DNA of 64,000 nt from Acidimicrobiales bacterium (GCA_020629155.1 JAHDDW010000006.1:48403-112402); one strand, 5' to 3'; counted from the stretch's first letter, positions 44,850 to 54,206 are shown. Notes: a model not told the origin generated them from the sequence alone. Made by a program: numbers and translations.

Positions 44850-46329
44850 GTGATTGTATTTTGCATGGTCCAGAGTACAAGAATTATAAATGCAACGGTT
44901 ATCGACGGTAGTGGTTCACCTGGTTTCGCGGCTGATGTAACCCTAGAAGGCAGCCAGATCGCGAACGTTGAAAAAAGAAGCGAATTTCTTAGCGAAGAAC
45001 CTAAGCCAATTAAGGCAACAAAAACTATTGACGCTTCTGGTTTAGTTCTGGCCCCAGGGTTTTATTGATGCCCATACCCATGACGACTTGGTGGTATTTA
45101 AAGATCCACTTATGCTAATGAAGGTAAGTCAGGGAGTCACAACAGTTATTACTGGTAATTGTGGGATCAGCCTTGCACCTTTAAAAGGCCTAGGTGATGA
45201 TAGAGAGTTAGTCCCACCATTTGATTTATTAGGCGACCCTGATGATTATCATTTCGATACCCTTTCGGAATATATTGAATACTTTGGAACTAAACCTGCT
45301 GCTGTAAACTCTGCAATGTTAACAGGACATTCTACCTTACGTCGTGAGGCAATGGACACGTTGAATCGTCCAGCCAGCAAGGTCGAAATTCAATACATGT
45401 GTCGGCGTCTTGAGCAAGCCTTAGAAGATGGGAGCCTGGGTATGAGCACGGGCCTTTCTTATCCGACAGCTGTTGCAGCACAAACAACAGAGGTTATAGA
45501 ACTTGCGTCTGTCCTTGCCCAGTACGAGCGAGTTTACACGACACATATGCGTGATGAAGAAGAACGCCTGTTATATGCGCTTGAAGAGACCTTTCAGGTT
45601 GGGCGTGAGGCAGGAGTTAAGGTTGTGATTTCTCATCATAAAGTTTGCGGTCGTCGGAACTGGGGACTAACACGTGAGTCAATTGCCATGATAGACATAG
45701 CAAGACAAACACAATCAATAGAGCTAGATGTCTATCCGTATACTGCGAGTTCTACTATATTATTGCTTTCCTTGGTTGAGCAAGCAGAACGTGTAGTGAT
45801 TACTTGGTCAAAATCACACCCATCTTTTGCTGGACGAGATCTCACTGATATCGCTGAAGAGTGGATGTGCACGATCGATGTTGCTGTCGAGCGGTTGCAA
45901 CCAGCAGGTGCTATCTATCATGAAATGTCGCCCGAGGATCTTGAGCGAGTTATGAGTTATCCTCCATCTATGATTGGATCCGATGGGCTTCCAAGCGATG
46001 AATATCCACATCCGCGACTTTGGGGTACCTTCCCCCGTGTATTAGGCCATTTTGCGCGTGATCTTGGCCTTTTTTCTTTGGAAGAGGCAATACATAAGAT
46101 GACAGGTAAAACTGCAACAGTATTTGGTCTTCAAGACCGTGGCTATGTAAAAGCTGGATTTTTTGCGGATCTTGTTTTATTTGATGCTTCTAAAGTTATT
46201 GATCGAGCTACATATGAAAACCCTACAGCAGTGTCTGAAGGTATTAAAAGTGTTTATGTGAACGGGACATTGATTTATGATGAAACTGGTGTAACTGGCG
46301 CGACCCCAGGAAGATACTTGTGTAACTAG
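44850..46329 (+). pseudogene. N-acyl-D-amino-acid deacylase (D-aminoacylase) interrupted by a 1-nt frameshift
   Basis: Track ORFs 44850-45068 (...IDASGLVLAPGFY*) and 45088-46329 are two halves of one gene. Removing one T from the TTTT run at 45060-45063 restores APGFIDAHTHDD, the amidohydrolase HxH metal motif, in frame with the second ORF. Confidence 0.8.
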
Positions 46330-46401
46330 ATTAATTCTCATTTCATTGTTTTCTTTGTCGTTACTGAGTTTTTAAGAAGGTACTTTTTCTAGGATGAATC
46401 A

Positions 46402-46791
46402 ATGGTGACAAATAATGTTCGATTCGGAAATGTATATGAGACGCTTGGCAAGGACTGGTTCGTAGCAGTCATTGACCGTTTCTATGACAAAGTTGAAACT
46501 GACGATCTATTGCGTCGGCTCTATCCTCAAGATCTTACTGAATCGCGTGATCATATGGTGAAGTTTCTTATCCAATTCTGGGGCGGCCCAACTACATATA
46601 GCGATGAACGTGGTCATCCTCGTTTGCGTATGCGCCACATGCCTTTTGAAATTGGCCAAGCTGAGCGAGATGCTTGGATGAAACATATGCGAGAAGCTGT
46701 ACAAGAAGGAAACCTTCAAGCCGAGCTAGAACAACAGATGCTTGACTATTTCGAGCGCGCTGCCACTCATACGATCAACACAGCATCGTAA
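46402..46791 (+). CDS. glbO: group II truncated haemoglobin
   Basis: FYDKVETDDLLRRLYPQDLTESRDHMVKFLIQFWGGPTTYSDERGHPRLRMRHMPFEIGQAERDAWMKHM closely follows the trHbO sequence pattern. Confidence 0.88.
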   Translation: MVTNNVRFGNVYETLGKDWFVAVIDRFYDKVETDDLLRRLYPQDLTESRDHMVKFLIQFWGGPTTYSDERGHPRLRMRHMPFEIGQAERDAWMKHMREAVQEGNLQAELEQQMLDYFERAATHTINTAS

Positions 46792-46832
46792 GGGCACCTC
46801 TAGAAATTGTATTGTTTGGCCGTTCGAAAAAG
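46789..46832 (+). repeat. copy J of the recurrent element (5' arm and 3' module retained, box deleted)
   Basis: TAAGGGCACCTCTAGAAATTGTATTGTTTGGCCGTTCGAAAAAGG compares with copy B TAGGGGCATCTCTGCGAGATTGTAGATG...TTGGGCCGTTCCACGGAGG. It begins at the glbO TAA stop. Confidence 0.5.
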
Positions 46833-46847
46833 GAATTACTTCTCCTA

Positions 46848-47621
46848 CTAGTAAACAAGGAGTTTAGTGATTAGTTCTGCAAGGTTTTCGCTTATATGCG
46901 TGGGAGCTGGTTGCACGGGTAGATCTTGTAACTGTGTGACGCCGCTGAGAACTAGACCAAAGTGGTAGCCCATATTTTGGGCAAAGAGTCCGTCAGTCTC
47001 TGGTCTATCGCCAATCATTATTCCATTTTTGCCATAGCGACGCTGCACAATTTGTTTCATGGGGTCATGTGGTTTACCAGCAATGATGGGAGGATGTCCG
47101 ACAGCTGTTTGCACGGCAGCTACGAGAGTGCCGCCTCCTGGCCAGAACTCATCTTCATGAGGATACGTTGCATCATCGTTGGAAGCTAAAAAGCGTGCCC
47201 CATTATGGATAGCTAACGTCGCACTGCGAAGTCGCTCATACGTCAGATTGTGGTCTAAACCGACGATAACCGCATCAGCTGGACCATGTTCAACGACGTG
47301 ACCGCCTTGGTTGTGTACCGCTTCACAAATGCCTTCACCTCCGAGCACAACAACTTTTTCGCCTCGTTCGACAAGTGAACCAACTGCAAGAGCTGATGTT
47401 ATAACACGACCTTTGGCCTCAATGTCTAGGTCGATAAGTCGCTGCTCGTTTTGGGTCATGGTCTTGGCAGAGTTATTTGTCACAAATGTAACTTCTTCAC
47501 CATTGCTTAGCAATTTCTCGATTGCTTCGACAGACCCTGGCAGCGCTGTTTTGCCTCGCCAAACAACGCCATCAAGATCGAGGCACCAGACATCGAAAGA
47601 AGTAGTATCGGTGCTAGTCAT
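46848..47621 (-). CDS. HAD-superfamily subfamily IIA hydrolase (NagD-like)
   Basis: Motif I is CLDLDGVVWRGK. Later motifs are FVTNNS and MIGDRPETD. Confidence 0.8.
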   Translation of the reverse strand: MTSTDTTSFDVWCLDLDGVVWRGKTALPGSVEAIEKLLSNGEEVTFVTNNSAKTMTQNEQRLIDLDIEAKGRVITSALAVGSLVERGEKVVVLGGEGICEAVHNQGGHVVEHGPADAVIVGLDHNLTYERLRSATLAIHNGARFLASNDDATYPHEDEFWPGGGTLVAAVQTAVGHPPIIAGKPHDPMKQIVQRRYGKNGIMIGDRPETDGLFAQNMGYHFGLVLSGVTQLQDLPVQPAPTHISENLAELITKLLVY

Positions 47622-48051
47622 GCGTTGCTAGCTCGCCTTCAAGGTTTGCAGCCAAACCGATTGCGGCTTTATCTCCCAGGTTATTGAAGAACTTTTTTAG
47701 AGCAAAGTCGAACACACGTAGCGGCCCATTGAGAAGAAGGATCGCGTCGTAGGTAACAAGAGACCCAGACTGATTTTTTTCTACTGTTATTTTGTCGATT
47801 GATTCAAAAAAACGAGTTTTGGCTTCAAACCCAACGAGGCTAGGTTTTTGATAGTCCGTAATTTTGTAGCGCAGCTTTGCCTTATTCGCAGAAACATCGT
47901 AGGTTGCTCCGTCTTCACCTTTTGTTCCTTGAACTATTTTTGCCGAGGAGACGCCTGGGTCCCACTGTTCTAGATTCTCCAAATCGGCTAGATAGGAGAA
48001 AACCTTTTCGGCTGTCCACGGAGTTTGCACTTGCGCTACATAGGTTGCCAT
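47614..48051 (-). CDS. SRPBCC (polyketide cyclase/dehydrase-like) family protein
   Basis: 145 aa. The N-terminus VFSYLADLENLEQWDPGV is typical of SRPBCC ligand-binding proteins. It overlaps the downstream HAD gene by 8 nt. Confidence 0.6.
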   Translation of the reverse strand: MATYVAQVQTPWTAEKVFSYLADLENLEQWDPGVSSAKIVQGTKGEDGATYDVSANKAKLRYKITDYQKPSLVGFEAKTRFFESIDKITVEKNQSGSLVTYDAILLLNGPLRVFDFALKKFFNNLGDKAAIGLAANLEGELATHD

Positions 48052-48107
48052 ACGTGCAAGCCTAGCCGCTGCGAGTCGTATTTACCTCATAACGCATAGT
48101 AAAAAAA

Positions 48108-48139
48108 TGCGCAAAAACAAAAAATAGTGTTTTTGCGCA
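48108..48139. promoter_or_regulatory. perfect 11-bp inverted repeat TGCGCAAAAAC-N10-GTTTTTGCGCA in a divergent promoter region
   Basis: The arms are at 48108-48118 and 48129-48139. The repeat lies between the SRPBCC gene start (48051, -) and the ATPase gene start (48180, +). Confidence 0.45.
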
Positions 48140-48179
48140 GAGAAGTTTGTGTTACTATTGTCAAAGGAAGGTAGGTTTC

Positions 48180-49616
48180 ATGGTGAAACGTATGGATCTA
48201 TTTGTTGGTCGTGAAAAAGAGCTGAGCCAACTAGAAGAACTACAAAATAAAAAAATTGCAAGCCTTGTCGTTATCAAAGGGCGCAGACGTGTAGGCAAAA
48301 GTCGATTATTGGAACACTTTACGCAAGATAAGAAAGTTCTTTGGTTCGCTGGTTTAGCACCTCATCCTACTGTTTCTGCAGCACAACAGCGGATCGAATT
48401 TCAGACGCAGCTTGCAAGGCAAACCACTGCATCTGATGTAGCTACAGAAAACTGGAGTCTCTTGTTTGAAGAACTAGCTAGACAGGTTCAACCAGGAATG
48501 ACTATAGTGCTCGACGAAATAACTTGGATGAGCCATAACGATCCGACTTTTTTGCCAAAACTAAAAAACTTGTGGGATTTACACTTGTCAAAAGTCGAGG
48601 GACTGCTTGTTATCCTATGTGGCTCTGTTTCTTCGTGGATCGAGAAAAACATTGTTAGCAGCACCGCTTTTTTCGGTCGAATTTCAAAGAAGATAACGGT
48701 TGACGAACTCAGTTTACAAGAAAGCAACTTGTTATTAGAAAAGATTGGTTTTAAACGCTCCCCAATGGAAAAATTTCTTCTCCTATCGCTTGTCGGTGGT
48801 ATTCCTTGGTACATAGAGCAAATTAATCCTGCGCTTTCTGCACCTGCGAATATTCAGCGTCTTTGTTTCGACCCAGATGGGCTACTTGTAGATGAGCATA
48901 GGCATATTTTTCATGATCTTTTCGGTAAACGTAGCGATATTTATGGCAAAATCACAGAATTTTTGGCGTCAGGAGCGTCTGCATATAAAGAAATTGCAGC
49001 GGGGGTAGGGTATGGCAATGGTGGCACCTTAAGTCAGTATCTCGATGAGTTGGTAGCTTCTGGCTATATCAGTCGAGATGCTCATTGGTCCTTTAAAACA
49101 GGAAAGTTTTCGGCTAAGGCTGCCTATAGATTATCAGATAACTATTTGCGGTTCTACTATAAGTATATAAAGCCAAGAATTGGGCAGATTTCGCAAGGGC
49201 TATTTGTTAACGAAGACGTGACTGCGCTGCCTGGATGGAATGCAGTGATGGGTCTACAGTTCGAAAATTTAGTTTTGAGGAATAAAAGAACTATCACAAC
49301 TATTCTTGGTCTTCAATCGCGCGATATCGTTTCTGCTAACCAGTACTTTCAAAGAAAAACGAAATCCCGGGAAGGCACGCAAATAGATCTTCTGGTGCAA
49401 ACACAGCTTAATACTCTGTTCATATGTGAGGTAAAGTTTTCGAAACGGGAAATTGGTAGTTCTGTCATTGAAGAAACTAAAGAAAAGGTAGCAAGGCTTG
49501 AGAAGCCAAAAGGCTTCACCTGCGTACCTGTATTGATTCATGCTAGCGGCGTCACCGAAGCGGTCGATGATAGCGGTTATTTCTATAAAATGATTAATCT
49601 CATCGATGAGTTATAA
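48180..49616 (+). CDS. AAA-type ATPase (archaeal-ATPase/DUF234-like orphan ATP-binding protein)
   Basis: FVGREKELSQLEEL...LVVIKGRRRVGKSRLL is the Walker A context. IVLDEITWM is Walker B-like. The long C-terminal region ends ...FICEVKFSKREIG, which looks like a PD-(D/E)xK-like/DUF234 tail. The locus looks A/T-rich by eye. Confidence 0.65.
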   Translation: MVKRMDLFVGREKELSQLEELQNKKIASLVVIKGRRRVGKSRLLEHFTQDKKVLWFAGLAPHPTVSAAQQRIEFQTQLARQTTASDVATENWSLLFEELARQVQPGMTIVLDEITWMSHNDPTFLPKLKNLWDLHLSKVEGLLVILCGSVSSWIEKNIVSSTAFFGRISKKITVDELSLQESNLLLEKIGFKRSPMEKFLLLSLVGGIPWYIEQINPALSAPANIQRLCFDPDGLLVDEHRHIFHDLFGKRSDIYGKITEFLASGASAYKEIAAGVGYGNGGTLSQYLDELVASGYISRDAHWSFKTGKFSAKAAYRLSDNYLRFYYKYIKPRIGQISQGLFVNEDVTALPGWNAVMGLQFENLVLRNKRTITTILGLQSRDIVSANQYFQRKTKSREGTQIDLLVQTQLNTLFICEVKFSKREIGSSVIEETKEKVARLEKPKGFTCVPVLIHASGVTEAVDDSGYFYKMINLIDEL

Positions 49617-49619
49617 ATC

Positions 49620-49644
49620 AGTCGTTATGCATGTCATAGGTGGC
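49620..49644 (+). repeat. direct repeat DR1 (AGTCGTTATGCATGTCATAGGTGGC)
   Basis: 24 of 25 nt are identical to 50455-50479. It lies 3 nt after the ATPase stop codon. Confidence 0.85.
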
Positions 49645-49710
49645 TGATCGCACCTTCAGAGAATCTGAATGTAAACTGATTAGGACGGGTATGAAACGTA
49701 AAGGTGGGTA

Positions 49711-50439
49711 ATGGCAGAGTCACGTTTGCAGGATTTAGATTCACATTACAAAATTATGGGTGCTTTAGGTGGAAATAGAATCGATAACACACAAGCTGGA
49801 CAGCTGCTTATAGAGAATGTAAAGAAAAATTGCGAACCATATGCATGCGTCTTTGAACTGCTACGCCCTAACTTGTTTGAAACGTTACGTCAAGAGGACA
49901 AAGAATTTCTTGCCTCATTTATACTTGAAACGACAAGAACTGGAATGCCAGCCGATCGCTCTTGGGATTTTAGCAACGAGTTTGTTTGGAAACTTTACAG
50001 TAAAATTTTGACGCATAAGCAAGTTGCCCAAACGCTTTCTGAGTCGATCCGAAGAAAAAATAGCCCCAACATTTTACGCAATGTTAACTATTTTGAGAGT
50101 CGAAAGTTACTGGAAAGTCTTGATGCAACAGAACGCGAAATTTTAGCGGCCAGTATTCTCAATAAAGTGGAATCTGGGACGATAACGTTAGGGCCTGAAA
50201 CTCTACATGTTTTTATCAAAAAAGGTCTGTTGCTGCAAGGCGATGTTGTTGATTCGTTTGCCAAAGCTGCTCACGCTGGCTACTTCGTTGAAGAAAACCA
50301 GCATGTTGTAAATAGCCTCCAGTTTCGCCGTCCGTTCTTGCCTATCGATCGTAATTTTGGTCTTCCTTCGCAATGGCGTGGCAGTCAGAACGGTGGAGTC
50401 GAGTCGTCAGCGCCGAAGCCTAATTCAGCTGGCCTTTAG
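49711..50439 (+). CDS. hypothetical protein (orphan, bracketed by the 25-nt direct repeats)
   Basis: 242 aa with no recognisable motif. AAAGGTGGG precedes the ATG. The composition looks A/T-rich. Confidence 0.5.
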   Translation: MAESRLQDLDSHYKIMGALGGNRIDNTQAGQLLIENVKKNCEPYACVFELLRPNLFETLRQEDKEFLASFILETTRTGMPADRSWDFSNEFVWKLYSKILTHKQVAQTLSESIRRKNSPNILRNVNYFESRKLLESLDATEREILAASILNKVESGTITLGPETLHVFIKKGLLLQGDVVDSFAKAAHAGYFVEENQHVVNSLQFRRPFLPIDRNFGLPSQWRGSQNGGVESSAPKPNSAGL

Positions 50440-50454
50440 AGCAAAATTTGGGTT

Positions 50455-50479
50455 AGTCGTTATGAATGTCATAGGTGGC
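50455..50479 (+). repeat. direct repeat DR2 (AGTCGTTATGAATGTCATAGGTGGC)
   Basis: This is the second copy of DR1. Its last 5 nt include the pcrA GTG start at 50475. Confidence 0.85.
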
Positions 50480-52742
50480 GGCTAGGTTTGATAGAGTGAC
50501 TCAGCTAATCGATAATTTGAATCCCCAACAGCTTGAAGCTGTAACACACAAGGGTGGTCCGCTTCTTGTAGTTGCTGGCGCTGGTTCGGGCAAAACCCGT
50601 GTCTTGACGAGACGGATAGCGTGGCTGATCGAAAACGGTGCGTCGCCATATTCTATTTTAGCGATCACGTTCACCAATAAAGCCGCTGCCGAGATGCGTC
50701 ATCGTGTTGAGGAGCTTCTTGGCCCGCAACAAACCAACGGCATGTGGATTGCTACGTTTCACAGTGCTTGTGTTCGTATTCTGCGAAGCGAAGCTGAAGC
50801 GTTGGGGTATCCCTCATCGTTCACTATTTATGATCAAGCTGATGCTGTCCGGCTGACAAGTTATGTGATCAGAGACATTGGCCTGGACCCAAAACGTTTC
50901 GCTCCACGTCAGGTGCATAGCGCTATCAGTGCCGCTAAAAACGAAGGCATGTCGCCCGATCAGTTTAAAGATGCGGCTTCGTCTCCGCTCCAAAAAAAAT
51001 CTGCTGAAGTGTATGAGATTTATCAACAACGCATGCGAGAAGCTGGGGCGATGGACTTCGACGACTTGTTGCTAAACACAGCGCAGCTTTTTCGTACTCG
51101 ACCAGAAGTATTGGCTCGGTACCGTCACCGTTTTCAACATGTCCTTGTTGATGAATATCAAGATACAAACTCTGTTCAAAATGAGCTGGTTGTTACCTTA
51201 GGCGCAGAACATAGAAATGTCACTGTGGTCGGCGACAGCGATCAGTCTATCTATCGTTTCCGTGGCGCTGATTTGCGTAATATTATGCGTTTCGAAGACG
51301 AGTTTCCAGACACAAAAACGGTTCTACTCGAACAAAATTATCGTTCGACGCAAACAATTCTTGATGCTGCTAACGCCGTTATTTCTAACAACTTTGGTCG
51401 TGCGCCGAAGAAGTTGTGGACTGATGAAGGAAGCGGCGAAAAGATTATGCGATTCTACGCTGATGACGAAATAGGCGAGGCGCAGTTTGTTGCCGGCGAA
51501 CTTGCTCGTTTCCATGACGTGGGGGACTATCACTGGAATCAGATGGCGGTTTTTTATCGAACAAACGCACAGTCACGCACGATTGAAGAATATTTTATGC
51601 GTGTTGGCATTCCCTATAAAGTTGTCGGCGGCACCCGTTTCTATGATCGACGTGAAATAAAAGACGCCTTGGCGTACCTAAAGGTTATGGTCAACCCTGT
51701 TGATGAAGTCGCACTGAAACGAGTCATTAATACCCCAAAACGGGGTGTTGGTGATGCGTCTATTATCAAGCTGGAAACCTATGCACGTGCCAATAATATG
51801 ACGTTGCATACAGCGTTGGCGAAACCAGGCGACGCTGGGGTAAAAGGTAAAGCATTAAAAGGCATCGCACAGTTTCTGGCGTTGCATGAATCGTTTGCTG
51901 CCGAATCTGACGGTAATCCAGCTAAATCATTAGAGATGGTGTTGCGAGATTCTGGCTATATTGTCGAGCTTGAAGACGAGCGTTCGCTAGAGGCAGAAAC
52001 CCGTTTAGAGAACTTGCATGAGCTGATAGGCGTTGCGAGAGAGTTTGAAACGATTGATGAGTTTCTAGAAAACGTTAGTTTGGTTTCTGATCTCGATGGC
52101 TATGAAGAGTCCGAATCGGCAGTCACGTTAATGACTGTTCATGCTTCTAAAGGTTTGGAATTTCCCGTTGTTTTCATTATGGGGCTTGAAGACGGCATTT
52201 TCCCTCATTCTCGTTCCTTAACCGAGCCAGTCGAAATGGAAGAAGAACGCCGCCTTGCATATGTTGCTATTACACGGGCGCGAGAAAAACTCTATATGAC
52301 TAATGCGTGGTCGCGTATGCTTTTTGGGCAAAGTCAATATAACCCTCCGAGTCGATTTTTAACTGAGGTGCCAGCTTCGCTGCAAACTGAAGCAAAAGGA
52401 AGTCGAAGCACCACATCTAAAGGGCGGCGTTCTTCCGATTTCAGCGATTCGAGCTATGGCAGCAGCTTCACTACAAAAAGTGGTACGAAAAAGAAGTCGG
52501 TGTTTGGATCGTCACTGTATGGCGGCAAGAACGCAAAAATGGAAGCAGCATTAGCTGCTGCCAAAAAAACTGAAATAAAAGACAGTATCGACCTAAAAGT
52601 CGGTGATGACGTGGTTCATAAAGAATGGGGCGACGGTGTCGTGTTAGGGATGCGCAGCGAAAGCGAAGCAGTCATAAACTTTCCCACTGTCGGCGAAAAA
52701 GTTTTGCTTCTAGAATACGCCCCGCTAGAGAAATTAGGCTAA
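50475..52742 (+). CDS. pcrA: ATP-dependent DNA helicase PcrA/UvrD1
   Basis: LNPQQLEAVTHKGGPLLVVAGAGSGKTRVLTRRIAWL (motifs Q/I), VLVDEYQDTN (II), YRSTQTIL, and VHASKGLEFPVVFIMG...RRLAYVAITRAREKL (V/VI). Confidence 0.92.
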   Translation: MAARFDRVTQLIDNLNPQQLEAVTHKGGPLLVVAGAGSGKTRVLTRRIAWLIENGASPYSILAITFTNKAAAEMRHRVEELLGPQQTNGMWIATFHSACVRILRSEAEALGYPSSFTIYDQADAVRLTSYVIRDIGLDPKRFAPRQVHSAISAAKNEGMSPDQFKDAASSPLQKKSAEVYEIYQQRMREAGAMDFDDLLLNTAQLFRTRPEVLARYRHRFQHVLVDEYQDTNSVQNELVVTLGAEHRNVTVVGDSDQSIYRFRGADLRNIMRFEDEFPDTKTVLLEQNYRSTQTILDAANAVISNNFGRAPKKLWTDEGSGEKIMRFYADDEIGEAQFVAGELARFHDVGDYHWNQMAVFYRTNAQSRTIEEYFMRVGIPYKVVGGTRFYDRREIKDALAYLKVMVNPVDEVALKRVINTPKRGVGDASIIKLETYARANNMTLHTALAKPGDAGVKGKALKGIAQFLALHESFAAESDGNPAKSLEMVLRDSGYIVELEDERSLEAETRLENLHELIGVAREFETIDEFLENVSLVSDLDGYEESESAVTLMTVHASKGLEFPVVFIMGLEDGIFPHSRSLTEPVEMEEERRLAYVAITRAREKLYMTNAWSRMLFGQSQYNPPSRFLTEVPASLQTEAKGSRSTTSKGRRSSDFSDSSYGSSFTTKSGTKKKSVFGSSLYGGKNAKMEAALAAAKKTEIKDSIDLKVGDDVVHKEWGDGVVLGMRSESEAVINFPTVGEKVLLLEYAPLEKLG

Positions 52743-52808
52743 GTTCAGGGGCGAAATAATGCTGAATCATGCATTGCTGGTCAACGATTTTTGAGTAGGA
52801 TCATTCAT

Positions 52809-53516
52809 ATGGATATACATAAAAAAAGTGTTGGTACTATTCTAGTAAGTGCAACAATGTTTCTCGCGGCATGTGGCTCAGGTTCGGAAACAGTTGACTC
52901 TTTGGAATCAGAAGAAGGATCTGAGACTCAGAATGAAAATTCTGAAAGCGAAAAAGAGTCCTCAGACAAAGGCGAAGAATCTGAAACTGGTGATTCTGCA
53001 AATGGCAATGATGAAGCGTCAGCTGCCGCAATTGAAATCGAAGGCGATCAGTTAGAACAATTTTCACGAGGTGGGCAAGACCCTGCAGTTGGTGTTGTAG
53101 CGCCGACGCTCCGTGGAAAAAACTTTGATGGTGATGAGCTGACAATCGAAGCCGATGGTAAGAAAAAAGCGGTTTACTTTTTAGCTCATTGGTGTGGCCA
53201 CTGCCAGCAAGAAGTGCCTATGGTTCAGGAGCTGCTAGATGATGGTGAATTGCCTGATGATCTTGAAATCTATTCAGTCTCTACCTTGGAACGACCAGGA
53301 ACAGCTGTAGCTCCGCAAGAGTGGTTAGAGGGTGAGAACTGGACGCCTCCTGTTTTACTTGATGATAGCGATAGTTCAGCCTTCGAAGCATATGGGGCAA
53401 CTGGTACTCCGTTTGTGGTTTATCTTGACGGCGATAACAAAGTTATCAAACGAAGCTCTGGCTCCACGACCAAAGATGTCACACTAACTGATTGGAAATC
53501 CGTTTCAGATTCATAG
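52809..53516 (+). CDS. TlpA/ResA-like thiol:disulfide oxidoreductase lipoprotein
   Basis: The lipobox is ILVSATMFLAACGSG, followed by an acidic linker. The thioredoxin fold carries AHWCGHCQQEVP (CxxC). Confidence 0.8.
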   Translation: MDIHKKSVGTILVSATMFLAACGSGSETVDSLESEEGSETQNENSESEKESSDKGEESETGDSANGNDEASAAAIEIEGDQLEQFSRGGQDPAVGVVAPTLRGKNFDGDELTIEADGKKKAVYFLAHWCGHCQQEVPMVQELLDDGELPDDLEIYSVSTLERPGTAVAPQEWLEGENWTPPVLLDDSDSSAFEAYGATGTPFVVYLDGDNKVIKRSSGSTTKDVTLTDWKSVSDS

Positions 53517-53609
53517 ATGTCGTCGAAATATGACAAATCGATTATATCTTGTAGCTATGACAGCTGCCTTGTTCTAGGATCAGCCACAGAAACTCTCAAA
53601 GGAAATGTT

Positions 53610-54206
53610 ATGAAAAAAAATTCGTTAAAAATGTTAGGTTTTGCTTTTTCTGCAGCAGTAGTGTTTGCTTCTTGCGGCTCAGATGGCGAAGGCAGTTCAA
53701 CAACTAATGACCAAGTTGCGACAACAGCTGATGAGCCATCTTCAGCTGAAGTAACAACAACAATAGACGATGTCGCAGAGGCATCAACAACTGCTGTCAG
53801 CGGTGCTACAAGTGTTGCAGGAGCTGCCGAGACAACTGTTAATGCCGATGAAAGTGCTGCATTGGTGGAATTTTCTAACACAGGTTCTTTCGGCGATATC
53901 GCCGTTAACAGTGATGGCATGACGCTTTATGGCTTTGTGCCAGATCTTGATGCTAAAAAAGTTACATGTGAGGGAGGCTGTGCTACAGCTTGGCCTCCTG
54001 TAACTGTGCCTTCTGAAGAACTCCCTGAAGGATTAAGTGCGGAACTTTTCTCTGTCACCGAAGGTCCGAATGGTTTCCAACTACAGATAGCAGATGTGCC
54101 GCTTTATCTTTATCAAAGTGATAGTGCTCCTGGCGACACTAAAGGTCAAGGCGTCGGCAGCAAATGGTATGTTGTTGGTCCTGATGGCAGCCTTATCAAG
54201 TCATAA
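53610..54206 (+). CDS. lipoprotein with COG4315-type secreted repeats (Lipoprotein_15-like)
   Basis: The lipobox is AAVVFASCGSD. The two repeat halves are MTLYGFVPD...CEGGCATAWPPV and VPLYLYQSDSAPGDTKGQGVGSKWYVVGPDG. Confidence 0.7.
   Translation: MKKNSLKMLGFAFSAAVVFASCGSDGEGSSTTNDQVATTADEPSSAEVTTTIDDVAEASTTAVSGATSVAGAAETTVNADESAALVEFSNTGSFGDIAVNSDGMTLYGFVPDLDAKKVTCEGGCATAWPPVTVPSEELPEGLSAELFSVTEGPNGFQLQIADVPLYLYQSDSAPGDTKGQGVGSKWYVVGPDGSLIKS

Noticed and set aside
45060-45068. Programmed +1 frameshift as the explanation for the split D-aminoacylase
   Set aside because: There is no prfB-like context: no internal SD at the appropriate spacing and no slippery CUU-UGA-type site. A homopolymer indel (mutation or sequencing error) is the simpler explanation.
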